Shown one piece after another: positions 1 through 9,697 of a stretch of DNA of 64,000 nucleotides. The position numbers were made by a program, and so were the translations under genes. The stretch is taken from assembly GCA_041661005.1 (NCBI GenBank), contig JBAZVG010000001.1, forward strand, positions 6,019 through 70,018, given 5' to 3'. The notes under the pieces were generated by a model. It was not told the origin of the DNA and did no database searches. It saw only the letters and a program-made list of their open reading frames with translations. The DNA comes from Minisyncoccota bacterium. Lineage in GTDB: Bacteria > Patescibacteriota > Minisyncoccia > Phycocordibacterales > UBA9973. Each line of letters starts with the position of its first letter. The first letter of the stretch is position 1.

Positions 1-152
1 TTTGCAGAGCGTTTTTCCACAAACTCATCAGAAATATAAATGCTTTCTCGCTTGGCAAGTTCTCGCAATTCGGCGAGCTGTGATTCAATAGAAAGGATTT
101 GTTTATCCTCAACATCTGTACTTTTGCGAGCATATAAAAAGTATTTAAGCAT
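1..152 (-). CDS. Serine recombinase/resolvase family protein, N-terminus (runs off window)
   Basis: Manual translation from ATG at 152: MLKYFLYARKSTDVEDKQILSIESQLAELRELAKRESIYISDEFVEKRSA, with the YARxS catalytic motif and SIxxQ. Not in the ORF track. Confidence 0.85.
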   Translation of the reverse strand, partial: MLKYFLYARKSTDVEDKQILSIESQLAELRELAKRESIYISDEFVEKRSA

Positions 153-210
153 AGTTCTATTATACCATAACCCATAGTGTATAGCGCAAGAGCGAGTTAT
201 ACTGTTATCA

Positions 211-417
211 ATGAACGATGAAGCAAAAAGACTCGGTCAAAACTTAAAACGAATTAGAACTAAAAAAGGCATATCCCAAGGAGATATAGTAAAAACACTA
301 GATATGCCAAAAAGTTTTGTAAGTAGCATTGAAAACGGAAAAACAAATCCGACACTTTCAACGATTGCTAAAATAGCAAAAGCAATCGGGGTTTCGGTTG
401 GAGAATTGATGAAATAA
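211..417 (+). CDS. XRE/Cro-type HTH transcriptional regulator
   Basis: LKRIRTKKGISQGD...VSSIENGKTNPTLSTIAKIA HTH_3 pattern; divergent from the recombinase. Confidence 0.9.
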   Translation: MNDEAKRLGQNLKRIRTKKGISQGDIVKTLDMPKSFVSSIENGKTNPTLSTIAKIAKAIGVSVGELMK

Positions 418-424
418 TAACTAT

Positions 425-781
425 ATGAAAAGAAGTAACATCTTTTATTTAATATTTGTTTTGACTATTTTAGCAATTAGATTGGAGGTTTTTCTTTTTC
501 CTTCAAATAAAATAATAGTTGATGGCATAAGAATCAATCATTTTTGGATTGGAGTAATTTTGATTTTACTTGTCTTGTTTTTATCAAAAAATTATAATAT
601 AATAAAAATGGTTCTCCTCCCGATAGGCCTCGGAATAGTAGCGGATGAATTATTTTTTATGATTTTTAGCAATAGAACACTTGCCGATTATTGGTCAATT
701 TATTCTATAATCGGGGTTATAACAACGACAGTAATAATTTTTGTGATAAGGGAAAAGCTGGCAAGTAAAATTTATAAGTAA
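425..781 (+). CDS. Membrane protein (about 4 TM)
   Basis: Hydrophobic helices; RINHFWIG and GLGIVADE motifs. Confidence 0.7.
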   Translation: MKRSNIFYLIFVLTILAIRLEVFLFPSNKIIVDGIRINHFWIGVILILLVLFLSKNYNIIKMVLLPIGLGIVADELFFMIFSNRTLADYWSIYSIIGVITTTVIIFVIREKLASKIYK

Positions 782-799
782 TAATTTAATTAAAAAGAT

Positions 800-1237
800 A
801 TGAAAAAGAATTATTTCAAAATAGTACTGAGTGCGGTAATAATATCTGTAATCGGTGTTTATGTCATCGATTATTTTTCTCACTTGTTATTTTCAAATCC
901 AATGGAGACATTACCGTATTTCGTAGTGAAATTTATTCTATATTTTGTTTTTTCAATACTGTTCCTTTCTTTTATTGATGTAAGTAGAAAGGAATTTATA
1001 AAAGTAGTTGTTGGAGGAATTGTTGTTGCGTCGATATTTGGCATATATTATAATATTCTTCCGTCAGTATTTGATTTTTATCCCGCTGGAATTGCCTTAA
1101 ATGGTCTAACATTTTTAGGAATGGGACTTTTTGGAACTGGACTTGCTTTCGGAACTGTCCACACTCTTGCATTTGTCGGAGGATATTATTCAAGTAAATT
1201 CACGCTTAAGAGCTTTAATAATACCGATGTGCTATAA
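800..1237 (+). CDS. Membrane protein, paralogue of 1706..2101
   Basis: Hydrophobic; IDYFxH and VHxLxF..GYY motifs shared with 1706..2101. Confidence 0.7.
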   Translation: MKKNYFKIVLSAVIISVIGVYVIDYFSHLLFSNPMETLPYFVVKFILYFVFSILFLSFIDVSRKEFIKVVVGGIVVASIFGIYYNILPSVFDFYPAGIALNGLTFLGMGLFGTGLAFGTVHTLAFVGGYYSSKFTLKSFNNTDVL

Positions 1238-1245
1238 TAACTAAC

Positions 1246-1701
1246 ATGAATAAAACTATCATAATTATTGCAGTAGTCGTCGTTGTCGGAATCGGAGCTT
1301 ATTATTTTGCCGTCAATAATGGTTCTAATGGGATTCCAGCGTATACTCCTCCAGTATCAAATAATAATCAAATACCTACGCCTACACCACCGGCACCAAC
1401 TTCAGTCACGACTCCAACCCCTACACCAACGACTCCCACTCCCACTCCAGTTACTAAAAACGTAACGATTCAAGGTTTTGCTTTTAACCAATCTTCCCTA
1501 ACTATCAAAAAAGGGGATACGGTTGTCTGGACCAATAAGGACTCCGCCCCGCATACCGTTACCGGCAATGCCGGAGGTCCTAAGAGTGGCACATTAAATC
1601 AAAATCAAACTTACAGCTTTACTTTCAATAGCGTTGGCACTTTCTCTTATAGATGTGCCCTTCATCCTTCTATGACAGGATCGGTGACGGTTACAGAATA
1701 A
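1246..1701 (+). CDS. Membrane-anchored cupredoxin (amicyanin/plastocyanin-like) with Pro/Thr linker
   Basis: N-terminal TM, PT-rich linker, GDTVVWTN..PHTV and YRCALHPSM type-1 copper ligands (H, C, H, M). Confidence 0.9.
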   Translation: MNKTIIIIAVVVVVGIGAYYFAVNNGSNGIPAYTPPVSNNNQIPTPTPPAPTSVTTPTPTPTTPTPTPVTKNVTIQGFAFNQSSLTIKKGDTVVWTNKDSAPHTVTGNAGGPKSGTLNQNQTYSFTFNSVGTFSYRCALHPSMTGSVTVTE

Positions 1702-1705
1702 AATT

Positions 1706-2101
1706 GTGATTATTTGGCTAAAAAGAATCGGGTTAATTTTACTGATAATTTTTCTCGGGACAATAATTGACTACTTTGTCCACCAACTAAGCGATAATTT
1801 TACTGAGCAGTTTTCGTATTTTACCCACAAGATTGCTTTCGGTACATTGTGGGCGTTTGTCGCGTATTTAGTTTTCAGAAAATTTATCAAAACGCCTTTC
1901 TGGTTAGCATTTATAATGTCGGGAATGACATCGGTATTGCTTCAGTTTTTCTATTTTATCAATGAGCACGAACTGACATGGGTGACGGTATTTTTTCTGT
2001 TTGTGCATTTCTTAGTTTTCTTACTTCCCGGATATTATATTTGTAAGAAATATACGAATTTGTTTATAAATGAAAAAGAAAGTAAATCGCTTTTCTCCTA
2101 A
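1706..2101 (+). CDS. Membrane protein, paralogue of 800..1237
   Basis: IDYFVH...E..YFTHK and VHFLVF.LPGYY motifs. Confidence 0.7.
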   Translation: MIIWLKRIGLILLIIFLGTIIDYFVHQLSDNFTEQFSYFTHKIAFGTLWAFVAYLVFRKFIKTPFWLAFIMSGMTSVLLQFFYFINEHELTWVTVFFLFVHFLVFLLPGYYICKKYTNLFINEKESKSLFS

Positions 2102-2209
2102 AAAATTTGGCTATAGTAGATGAATCAGTAGGGAGTTTGACGATTTATTTAATCGGCAAAATTTTAACACGCGCACGGGTGGGTGGGGCAAGTGTTGTAT
2201 TTCATGTAG

Positions 2210-2410
2210 CCGACCTCCCCTCCAAAAAACTCTCCCTCCAAAAAATCTTTGGCTCGAACCTCTCCCTCCACGGACGCGTAGCGTCCGGAAACCCTTTCCC
2301 ACATTACGCAGAGCTTCGCTCTGCGCGCGAAAATTTTGGCGAAAAGTCCTTGAGTTTAATTACTGAGTGCTTATTAAACTCCGCTAGAACCTACTTTACC
2401 AAAAATTCAG
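2210..2410 (+). pseudogene. Probable 3' remnant of a CPR-type serine recombinase gene
   Basis: Reads DLPSKKLSLQKIFGSNL...NSARTYFTKNS, which resembles recombinase C-termini as I recall them; no catalytic domain upstream. Confidence 0.45.
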
Positions 2411-2593
2411 GAGAAATGCCAAATCTAAAAGCGGACTCGGTTTTGCGAAAGCATTTTTTGGGGAAGCAGATTTCGCAAAACCTCGGCTAATATTTTTTTT
2501 GAATTCGGCGGGGTTAGATTCTATCCGCAGGAAGGGTTTGGGAGGGAATGCGGGTGAGTGTGTTTTGTTCTTAAAATTTGCTAAAATAACAAT

Positions 2594-3100
2594 ATGTCAA
2601 AAGAAATTCTCAATAGAATACTTGTTGTAGGAGATGCTGGCAGGGGAAAATCTACGTTGGCATCAAAAATTTCTGAAAAATTAGGGATACCGCATCATTC
2701 AACTGATGATTTTTATTATGAAGTAAAATTTTCTAAAGTTCGTGATAGGCCAGAAAGTATTACCAAAATTAAAGAAATTTTTGGAAAGAAAAAGTGGATC
2801 GTTGAAGGCACAAACAATCATCTAATTGAGCTCGGTCTTCACTCCGCTGATATAATTATTCATCTTAAATATAAAAGCATGCTTGCTCAGTGGGTGGTTC
2901 TCATTAAAAGATATTTCAAGAGAGAAAACGAGACTTTGGGGAAATTGTTTAGTCTTATGAAACATGTTTTTTATAAAAAATATAAATTAGGAGATAGAAA
3001 ATTGAAGCTAACCCATTCTGAACTTATTGAACCACACAAGCAAAAAGTAATTACGCTGTCTTCTTTTAAAGAAATTGATGGGTTTTTAAAATCTTTATAA
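2594..3100 (+). CDS. P-loop NTPase, adenylate-kinase-like (FlaR/topology modulation family)
   Basis: GDAGRGKST Walker A; WIVEG; ADIII. Confidence 0.8.
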   Translation: MSKEILNRILVVGDAGRGKSTLASKISEKLGIPHHSTDDFYYEVKFSKVRDRPESITKIKEIFGKKKWIVEGTNNHLIELGLHSADIIIHLKYKSMLAQWVVLIKRYFKRENETLGKLFSLMKHVFYKKYKLGDRKLKLTHSELIEPHKQKVITLSSFKEIDGFLKSL

Positions 3101-3114
3101 ATAATTTTATACAA

Positions 3115-3981
3115 ATGGAAAAGAGGAAATTATTAAGCAAAATTAGCCAAGAATTTCCAAACTTAAAGTGGAAAAACGCAGAACATAATACTGAAGGCTG
3201 GGATCATTATGTCATTATTTTAGATAATAAATATGTTTTTCGTTTTCCTAGAACCAAACAATATTTAAAAGTATTAAAAAATGAGGTATTCTTGCTCGAG
3301 TATTTGAAGAATAAAGTAAAAATTCCCATTCCGCAATATGCATATATTGCGAAAGATAAAAGTTTTGCCGGGTATTCTTTGATTCCGGGGACACAATTAA
3401 GGAAAAAAGTATTTGAATCGGTGTCTGAAAAAACAAAACATGCACTTGCCAAACAAATTGCGGATTTTCTTTCTTCTTTGCACAAAATACCAAACGAAGC
3501 TGTAAAAAAATATGGTGTGAAAATAGTTAATACTCAAAAACAATATAAAGAATTAATAATCAATACAAATAAATATATTTTTCCGAGAGTCTCAAAAAAA
3601 AGATCAGCTTTTGATAAATAACTACTTGAAAGAATTCAAAAATTATTTAAAATTTTCCAAAAAAGTTCTTACGCATAATGATCTTTATTCCAAACATATA
3701 CTTTTGGGAGAAAGTAAAAAAATATTTCTGGAATTATAGATTTTTCTGATAGAAAGATAGATGACCCAGCGAGAGATTTTACTGAAATGTGGGATTATGG
3801 AGAAAAATTTACCTTGGAAGTGTATAAAAATTACCAAGGTCCCAAAGATAAAGATTTTTTAAAGAGATCAATGATGTATTATAAAAGAATCCCTCTTTGG
3901 ACGATGATTTCTCCGTTTCAAGGCGGACGCGGGAAGTTTAAAAAGGGATATAAAATGTTTAAGGAATTGTTTTATGGATGA
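3115..3981 (+). pseudogene. Aminoglycoside phosphotransferase (APH) family kinase with two compensating frameshifts
   Basis: EGWDH..YVFRFP N-lobe; THNDLYSKHIL in a shifted frame; IIDFSD...DPARDF back in the original frame. Shifts lie in A-runs near 3594-3601 and 3716-3722. Confidence 0.8.
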
Positions 3982-4435
3982 ATTTTTAGCTAAAATTTTA
4001 GAAACGCTAGGAGAGTTAAATGTAAAACCAGTAATTTATGGTTCGTTTGGTGTGGCTGTTTATCTTGGCAATTTTAAGAATTTTGAAGACATTGATGTTT
4101 TAATAGAAGATGAGTTTGTTAGTAATAGATGGAAAGAATTTAGAAAATTACTTGAGTCTAAGGGTTTTAATTTAATTAATGAAAAAGAACATGAGTTTGA
4201 ATTTAATGGTAAAAAAGTTGGATTTGCTTCAAAAAATATATTAATAAGAGATAAAATAATTAATGATTATTCAGAACTTGTTCAGTATAAAAATACAAAT
4301 GCTTTAACTTTAATGCCAGAAGGTTTTTTAAAAGCATATAAATTTAGCGTGAAAGATGGTTATAGAATTAATACAAGAGGGAAGAAAGATCAGGATATTA
4401 TTGAGAAGTTGGAAATTTATATAAAAAAGTTATAA
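3974..4435 (+). CDS. Nucleotidyltransferase (Pol-beta superfamily)
   Basis: VIYGSFG...FEDIDVLI GS/DxD motif. Confidence 0.75.
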   Translation: MDEFLAKILETLGELNVKPVIYGSFGVAVYLGNFKNFEDIDVLIEDEFVSNRWKEFRKLLESKGFNLINEKEHEFEFNGKKVGFASKNILIRDKIINDYSELVQYKNTNALTLMPEGFLKAYKFSVKDGYRINTRGKKDQDIIEKLEIYIKKL

Positions 4436-4444
4436 TATCATTAT

Positions 4445-4831
4445 ATGAAAGCTTATTTAGTAATTAAATTTAAAGAAGATAATTCTAATCGAAAGACTAT
4501 CGAAGACATTTCAGCTGTTCTTGAAAAGATAGGCATGGAAACTACTGTCATGACTCGTGACTATGAAAAATGGGGAGAGGTAAGATTTACTCCCTTGGAA
4601 CTTATGCAAAAGACTTTTCAAATTATAGATTCATCTGACCTGCTTATTGTTGAATTTTCAGAAAAAGGTGTGGGGATAGGCATAGAAGCTGGTTATGCGT
4701 ATGCAAAAAATAAACCCATTTATGTTATATTAAAAGAAGGTTCAGATGTTTCAAACACACTTAGAGGTATAGCTAAAGATGTTATTTTTTATAATAATCC
4801 AGAAGAACTTATAGATAAGCTAAAAATTTAA
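4445..4831 (+). CDS. Nucleoside 2-deoxyribosyltransferase / nucleotide N-glycosidase family
   Basis: SDLLIVE...GVGIGIEAGYAYAKNKPI motif. Confidence 0.85.
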   Translation: MKAYLVIKFKEDNSNRKTIEDISAVLEKIGMETTVMTRDYEKWGEVRFTPLELMQKTFQIIDSSDLLIVEFSEKGVGIGIEAGYAYAKNKPIYVILKEGSDVSNTLRGIAKDVIFYNNPEELIDKLKI

Positions 4832-4839
4832 TAAATAAC

Positions 4840-6438
4840 ATGAAAAATTCCCCTTTAATTTACGGACTCCAAAGACCCAACGATAAACCTGATTTGATTT
4901 TAGTTAATTCACCAATAAGAGATTATACAGATGAAGAGAGACAGGAAACAGAACAATTACCAGCAATAGGCTTAGGATACATTGCAACTGTGTGTGAAAA
5001 AGCAGGTTTCAATGTTGGTTTGCTGGATGTAGAGGTTAATGGTTTGTCACCAGAAAAAGCAGCTGAAATAATTAATGAATCAAACCCTAGATGGGTTGGT
5101 GTTAATATGCTCACGCCAACTTTTCCTTTAGCTAAAAGAATTATTGCAAATATAAATAAGGGTATTCAAATTGAAGTTGGTGCTGCACATTCAAAAGCAT
5201 TATCAGAAAAAATATTAAGAGATTCAGAAATAGGTCACAAAATTGATTTAATCGTGCTTGAAGACGGTGAATTAATATCAAAAGGACTTCTTGAGGGAAA
5301 GAATCCCAGCGAAATGGGTGGGGTTGCTTATATAGACAAGTCTTCTGGTCAATATATTGAACACAGAGGAGACCCAGAAGGAAAATGGATTCCTAAAGAT
5401 TTAGATGCCTTACCATACTTGAATAGAAAATTTTTTAAAAATGGAATAATCAAATCGGAAGGAAGATTGGAAGCAAATATTGTAGGATCTCGAGGATGTC
5501 CTTTTTCTTGTCCATTTTGTGCTGGTGCAAAAGAAATGTTGATATTTGGGATTCGACAACGATCCATAGAAAATATTGTACAGGAAATAAAAAATCTAAA
5601 AGAACAAGGAGTAACGGCGATTAGATTTATTGATGATTTATTTTTATCAAGTCCAGCTCGCATAAAGCAATTTTTTAAACTAATGACTGAAGCAGGATTA
5701 AATGAACACGTTGTATGGGATGCAACAGGTAGAGCTAATATATTATCAAAACTAGACAAAGAAACATTAGAATTGATGGCGCGTAGTGGTGCTAGAGAAA
5801 TATCAATAGGCGTAGAGTCGGGATCACAAAGAATGCTCGATCTTATGAATAAAGGAATTAAACCAGAAATGGTAAGAAGCGCTATAGTAAATTTGGCATC
5901 TGTAGGAATACGCACAAAAACATATTTTATGTTGGGTATTCCTTCTGAAACGGAAGAAGAAGCGAAAGAGTCCGTAGCATTTATGCACGAATTACGTAAT
6001 CTTGCCAGAAAGACTGTTGCTGAGAATCCATTAACTCCAACAGGTAAACAGAATGAGGCTCAAAGTAGAGGAAGTATGTTTATTTTTCGACCATATCCAG
6101 GAACCCCTTTTAGTGAGCAGTTACAGGGTAAAAAAGAGTGGCCAGAAGGAACATGGAAAAATTCAGAACAACCATTATTTACAGAAGAAGAGATACTTGA
6201 GAGTTTTCATCCAACAACAATAAAACCTGGATTAGAAGTAAGACAAAAACATAGTTTCAGTACAACATTGCAATTGGGACCCTTGGAACCATCAAAAATA
6301 CAAGAAATGGTAGATGGTGCCATGCTCGCACAAAAGGAAGATATGGTTATACACGGGGAGTATTTGCCAGGCATAAAAGAAATAAAAGCTGAAAATAATG
6401 GAATAAATAAAACAGGAATGCCGTGGCGTATTGCTTAA
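4840..6438 (+). CDS. Cobalamin-binding radical SAM enzyme
   Basis: N-terminal B12 domain (PAIGLGYIA), SRGCPFSCPFC CxxxCxxC, FIDDLF, IGVESGS, RPYPGT. Confidence 0.93.
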   Translation: MKNSPLIYGLQRPNDKPDLILVNSPIRDYTDEERQETEQLPAIGLGYIATVCEKAGFNVGLLDVEVNGLSPEKAAEIINESNPRWVGVNMLTPTFPLAKRIIANINKGIQIEVGAAHSKALSEKILRDSEIGHKIDLIVLEDGELISKGLLEGKNPSEMGGVAYIDKSSGQYIEHRGDPEGKWIPKDLDALPYLNRKFFKNGIIKSEGRLEANIVGSRGCPFSCPFCAGAKEMLIFGIRQRSIENIVQEIKNLKEQGVTAIRFIDDLFLSSPARIKQFFKLMTEAGLNEHVVWDATGRANILSKLDKETLELMARSGAREISIGVESGSQRMLDLMNKGIKPEMVRSAIVNLASVGIRTKTYFMLGIPSETEEEAKESVAFMHELRNLARKTVAENPLTPTGKQNEAQSRGSMFIFRPYPGTPFSEQLQGKKEWPEGTWKNSEQPLFTEEEILESFHPTTIKPGLEVRQKHSFSTTLQLGPLEPSKIQEMVDGAMLAQKEDMVIHGEYLPGIKEIKAENNGINKTGMPWRIA

Positions 6439-6466
6439 AATAATTTAATACATTTATATTAAAAAT

Positions 6467-7210
6467 ATGATTGAAGAAAAAGAGATAAAAATAAAAGTTG
6501 ATAAAAATATATTTGATGAGGCTAAAAAATATATTAAAGAACATACAAAACTGACAAAAACAAAATTTCAAATTGACGAATATTTTGATACAGAATTGTT
6601 TATGTTTACAAATTTAAATAGAGGAATTAGAGTTCGATATAATGATAAAATTCCTGAATCAGTAGAGTTTAAATCTTTATTTTGGAATAAATATGGTAAT
6701 CCTAATAATCCTTGGTATATTGAAGAGATAGGATTAAAAATACCGCTAGATACTGAAAGTAAAATAACTTTTCGTGCGATCTTAAAAAGATTTAATTTAT
6801 CATTAAATATACCTGAAGATATTGATGTTGACTATCAGTTATTCAAAGATTTATTAAACAAAATTGGATTATCTCCAAGAATTATTGTAACTAAAGAAAG
6901 AGAGGAATATGAAAATGATGAATCTACGTTTGTTTTTGATTATATAAAAGAACTTGGTTATTTTATTGAAATAGAAACAAAAGGTATTGATCCAATGGAT
7001 ATATTAAAAACAATACCTGTAATTAGTGATTATAGTGTTGTTCGAAATGGGTATAATGATATGGTTGGTGAAAATATTCCAAATTTAATATCAAATGATA
7101 TAAGGCAACAACTCTTTCGTTTAAATCATTCATGGAATATTCTAGAAACAGAAGTAGATATCGTAAATCAATTATTAAAAGAATATAAAGAAGTATGTCA
7201 AACCCAATAG
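6467..7210 (+). CDS. CYTH-domain triphosphate tunnel metalloenzyme
   Basis: N-terminal ExExK (EKEIK), QIDEYFD, KEREEY, LGYFIEIE. Confidence 0.8.
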   Translation: MIEEKEIKIKVDKNIFDEAKKYIKEHTKLTKTKFQIDEYFDTELFMFTNLNRGIRVRYNDKIPESVEFKSLFWNKYGNPNNPWYIEEIGLKIPLDTESKITFRAILKRFNLSLNIPEDIDVDYQLFKDLLNKIGLSPRIIVTKEREEYENDESTFVFDYIKELGYFIEIETKGIDPMDILKTIPVISDYSVVRNGYNDMVGENIPNLISNDIRQQLFRLNHSWNILETEVDIVNQLLKEYKEVCQTQ

Positions 7211-7905
7211 TGATTGCTATTGATGGACCAGCTTCTTCAGGAAAATCAACAATGGGGTTTTTGCTTGCTAAAGATCTTGGCTATCAATTTGTAGATTCTG
7301 GATTAATCTATCGTGTGGGTTGTGCATATATTTTAGAAAAAGGTATTGATATACTTAATATTTCAATGCTCGAAGAAGTTTTTCAAAACATGGATATTCA
7401 TTTTTATAACGAAGGATTAAAACAAAGAATTACTGCATTTGAGAATGATTATACAAATATTATTAATACCCCAGAAATAACAAAAATAGTTCCAGTTGTG
7501 GGAGCTAATCATACAGTACGGGAAAAAGTGCAAAAAATACAAAGAACTCTTGGTGCAGATAGAAATACTGTGATGGTTGGTCGAGATATTGGTAGCACAA
7601 TATTTCCCAACACACCACATAAATTTTTTATTACAGCATCTGCAGAAATACGAGCGCAAAGAAGATATAAACAATTGATTGATGGTGGAACAGTAGTAAC
7701 ATACGAAACTGTTTTTGAGGATATAAAACAACGGGATTTAAAAGATACAACAAGGGAAAGTTCCCCAATGATAATTCCAGAATCTGCAATAGTTATTGAT
7801 ACTTCTACACTTAGTATGGCTGAAACCGTTAATATGATTAAGATTACTTTTTTAAAAAATATTGAACCCAATAAGGAGCTACATTCTCAATTAAAGCTTA
7901 GATGA
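7195..7905 (+). CDS. cmk: (d)CMP kinase
   Basis: IAIDGPASSGKST, VDSGLIYR, GRDIGSTIFP, RDLKDTTRESSP; overlaps the CYTH gene by 16 bp. Confidence 0.9.
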   Translation: MSNPIVIAIDGPASSGKSTMGFLLAKDLGYQFVDSGLIYRVGCAYILEKGIDILNISMLEEVFQNMDIHFYNEGLKQRITAFENDYTNIINTPEITKIVPVVGANHTVREKVQKIQRTLGADRNTVMVGRDIGSTIFPNTPHKFFITASAEIRAQRRYKQLIDGGTVVTYETVFEDIKQRDLKDTTRESSPMIIPESAIVIDTSTLSMAETVNMIKITFLKNIEPNKELHSQLKLR

Positions 7906-7935
7906 TTTATTAAAACTATATGATATTATGAAAAT

Positions 7936-8913
7936 ATGAATTATACAGATAGAGTATATGGAAGTTGCGAAATCACAGAACCTGTAATTTTGGAGTTAAT
8001 AAACTCTCCAACACTACAAAGATTAAAGGAAATTGATCAAGCGGGATATTTTGAACCACATTTCCCCAATACCAGACATTCACGTTTTGAACACTCTGTT
8101 GGAGTATATTTGCTTCTAAAAAAGTACGGTGCTCCTTTAGAAGAGCAGATTGCCGGTCTTATTCACGACGTGTCGCATTCCGCTTTTTCACATTGTATTG
8201 ATTATGTTTTAGATGGAGGATCAGGAAAGGAACACAACTATCAGGATGATATTTTTGATAATTTTGTAAAGAAATCGGAAATCCCTGCAATTCTAAAAAA
8301 ATATAATTTTGACCAAGATTATATTCTTAATGATAAAAATTTTCCACTTAAAGAAAAAGATTTACCCGATCTGTGCGCGGATAGGATAGATTATTCTTTG
8401 AGAACTGCTCTTGTTTTTGGGGTAGAAAAAGACGTGGAATATTTCCTTGATAATCTCACAGCGGAAGATAAAAACTGGGTTTATAAAAATTTTGAAAGCG
8501 CTAAAAAACATGCAGAACTTTTTAATAAATTAAACAATTATTGCTGGGCTGGGCTTCCTTCTGCTGTTATGTTTCGTACTGTCGGAGATTATCTTAAATA
8601 TGCTCTCTCTAAAAATTATATTTCCGAAAAAGATTTATATACAACCGATAAAATTGTTCTTGAAAAAATAGAACCTTGCATTAAGAATGATTCGCAACTA
8701 AACTTGTTATTTGAAAGAATGAATAATAAAATGGGTTTTAAAAATGATCCAAACGATTATGATGAGAAGGTATTTTGTAAATCACGAGTTATTGATCCAC
8801 TCTGTTTACATAACGGAGAAATAAAGAGAGTTTCTGAAATAGATTCAGGTTGGGCTGATGTAATTAAGTTAGAATCAAAACCAAAGGAATATTTTTTAAA
8901 GTTTGATAAATAA
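7936..8913 (+). CDS. HD-domain phosphohydrolase (SAMHD1/dNTPase-like)
   Basis: QRLKEIDQAG, HSRFEHSVG, GLIHDVSH, ADRIDY. Confidence 0.88.
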   Translation: MNYTDRVYGSCEITEPVILELINSPTLQRLKEIDQAGYFEPHFPNTRHSRFEHSVGVYLLLKKYGAPLEEQIAGLIHDVSHSAFSHCIDYVLDGGSGKEHNYQDDIFDNFVKKSEIPAILKKYNFDQDYILNDKNFPLKEKDLPDLCADRIDYSLRTALVFGVEKDVEYFLDNLTAEDKNWVYKNFESAKKHAELFNKLNNYCWAGLPSAVMFRTVGDYLKYALSKNYISEKDLYTTDKIVLEKIEPCIKNDSQLNLLFERMNNKMGFKNDPNDYDEKVFCKSRVIDPLCLHNGEIKRVSEIDSGWADVIKLESKPKEYFLKFDK

Positions 8914-8918
8914 TTTTT

Positions 8919-9605
8919 ATGCCCGACGACCAAAATTTAACCCAAAACCCAATTTCTGAAGAAAACTCTATTCCAGCAAGCCCTCAAGAGCCTATGGCGG
9001 ATACACCTGTTTCTACACCAGATCCTACCCCTGCCGAAATGCCCCTAGAAGCCCCAGAAACCTCTATAAACGCAGATATACCCATTTCCCTCAATAATGA
9101 TAATCCCCAAAATGAGCCTATTTCGACCCCTAACCCTGAAGAAGTGAAACCCGAAGAATTGCCAGCCGAAGGCGGAAAAATCGAGGGAATAACTCCTGTT
9201 TTATCTGAACCTTTGCAAACCCCTGAACCCCGAACGGCTCAAATACCAGTAAATGAGCCCTTCGGGAATACTCAGGACAAGCCGTTGGAATCTGTGCCAG
9301 TTTCAACCCCGCAACCACAATCAGTTTCCGATCCGATTTTTGCTGAACCGCAACAAAATAAAATTTCTCTCGCCCGCGAGCTTCTTGTAAAAGCTAGAAA
9401 CATGATTCAGTTTCGAAAAAGAAAAAAGCTGGATCGTGTGATGTCTTTGTTTCTCCAACGCTCTAAAATTACAAACGACGAAGTCGAAAAGTTTTTGCAC
9501 GTGTCTGATGCAACTGCAACTCGATATCTCTCACAACTAGAAAAGGAAGGAAAAATTAAACAGAGCGGAAAAACTGGAAAAGCGGTTTCGTATTCCAGAA
9601 TTTAA
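8919..9605 (+). CDS. Pro/Glu-rich disordered protein with C-terminal winged HTH
   Basis: ITNDEVEKFLHVSDATATRYLSQLEKEGKI C-terminal wHTH. Confidence 0.75.
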   Translation: MPDDQNLTQNPISEENSIPASPQEPMADTPVSTPDPTPAEMPLEAPETSINADIPISLNNDNPQNEPISTPNPEEVKPEELPAEGGKIEGITPVLSEPLQTPEPRTAQIPVNEPFGNTQDKPLESVPVSTPQPQSVSDPIFAEPQQNKISLARELLVKARNMIQFRKRKKLDRVMSLFLQRSKITNDEVEKFLHVSDATATRYLSQLEKEGKIKQSGKTGKAVSYSRI

Positions 9606-9697
9606 TCTGAATTTTTTTTGGGGAGTGATTCTCGCGTGCACGCACGGGTGGGTAGGCTCGCGCGTACTCGCGCGAGCTGGGGCAAGCACGAGTATTT

